Of a stretch of 32,000 nucleotides of DNA, positions 31,508-32,000 are shown piece after piece. How positions within the stretch are numbered: the first letter of the stretch is position 1; each line of letters starts with the position of its first letter. The notes under the pieces are model-generated. The model was given only the letters and a program-made list of their open reading frames with translations, had not been told where the DNA came from and ran no database searches. The translations under genes and the position numbers were made by a program. The DNA is taken from positions 480,001 to 512,000 of the forward strand of contig NC_018267.1 in assembly GCF_000306885.1 (NCBI RefSeq), read 5' to 3'. The stretch comes from Wolbachia endosymbiont of Onchocerca ochengi. GTDB lineage: Bacteria; Pseudomonadota; Alphaproteobacteria; Rickettsiales; Anaplasmataceae.

Positions 31508-32000
31508 TTAAGTATTACTCTTTGTCTTCTTTTCAATATACCTACACACTATAATAGATAGCTCGTACAGAATCAACATTGGTACTGCGAGCCCTACTTG
31601 GCTTAATACATCAGGTGGAGTTAGAACTGCAGCAATAATAAAAATTACCACTATTGCAATTCTGCGCTTATTTGATAAACTTTGCGTGGTAAGTAATCCA
31701 ACCCTAACCATTAATGTGAGTATGACTGGGATTTGAAATGCAGTGCCAAATGCGAACATAAATTGGAGAACAAGGTCTAAATATTCACTAACTGATGGCA
31801 TAAACTCTATTGGTATACCGAAAGGTTTGCCACTATGTTCAAAAGTAATAAAAAACCTCCAAGCTAAAGGAAATATATAGTAATAAACTACAGCGGCTCC
31901 CATTATAAATAAGACCGGTGTTGCAATTAAATATGGTAACAACACTGCCCTTTCGCTTTTGTATAAGCCAGGTGCTAAAAACATATAAAATTTCCATGCA
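31508..32000 (-). CDS. tatC: Sec-independent (Tat) protein translocase subunit TatC, 5'-truncated by the window edge
   Basis: FLAPGLYKSERAVLLPYLIATPVLFIMGAAVVYYYIFPLAWRFF matches the conserved TatC core. The frame stays open upstream of the track's internal Met (..AWKFYMF..) to position 32000. Confidence 0.88.
   Translation of the reverse strand, partial: AWKFYMFLAPGLYKSERAVLLPYLIATPVLFIMGAAVVYYYIFPLAWRFFITFEHSGKPFGIPIEFMPSVSEYLDLVLQFMFAFGTAFQIPVILTLMVRVGLLTTQSLSNKRRIAIVVIFIIAAVLTPPDVLSQVGLAVPMLILYELSIIVCRYIEKKTKSNT

Overview
This is an AT-rich chromosomal segment (my spot counts of coding stretches give about 28-31% G+C) from an obligate-intracellular alphaproteobacterium of the Rickettsiales. 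It is most likely a Wolbachia. The gene set is typical: ctrA, ALA-synthase hemA, coxB-coxA-ctaB, pal-tilS-ftsH, mreB. The coxA gene also carries exact matches to what I recall as the Wolbachia MLST coxA primer pair, spaced 487 bp apart. I accept 23 apparently intact protein genes, one candidate 35-codon ORF and one RNA gene (RNase P RNA). Left to right they are ctrA, rnpB, bcp, rimM, efp, a SuhB-like protein, hemA, a Ser-rich membrane protein, htpG, a HAD hydrolase, an RDD protein, SURF1, ftsH, tilS, pal, an M32-carboxypeptidase-like protein, mreB, mnmA, coxB, coxA, ctaB, the 35-codon ORF, rnhA, a 1016-aa AsmA/YhdP-like envelope protein, and partial tatC. By my tally about a quarter of the window holds no intact gene. 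Several gaps of 1.1-2.2 kb look like gene graveyards. One is clearly readable as a multiply frameshifted PleC-type sensor histidine kinase lying about 2 kb from ctrA. I saw no CRISPR array, tRNA, rRNA, IS/transposase, prophage or recognisable defence or toxin system, so I cannot support a claim of a new multi-gene system. The observations most worth follow-up are these. (1) An orphan-looking disordered Ser/Gln/Lys-rich protein ends in an Inc-like bilobed hydrophobic hairpin. (2) The kinase relic. (3) Two full-length ORFs (SuhB-like and M32-like) have lost their catalytic metal-binding motifs. (4) A roughly 70-bp GC-rich nested palindrome of the Rickettsiales 'VIPA..IQ' type sits in frame inside the AsmA-like gene. 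(5) A possible rpsP relic lies in front of rimM. (6) The 35-codon membrane ORF follows ctaB directly and is too short for the ORF track.
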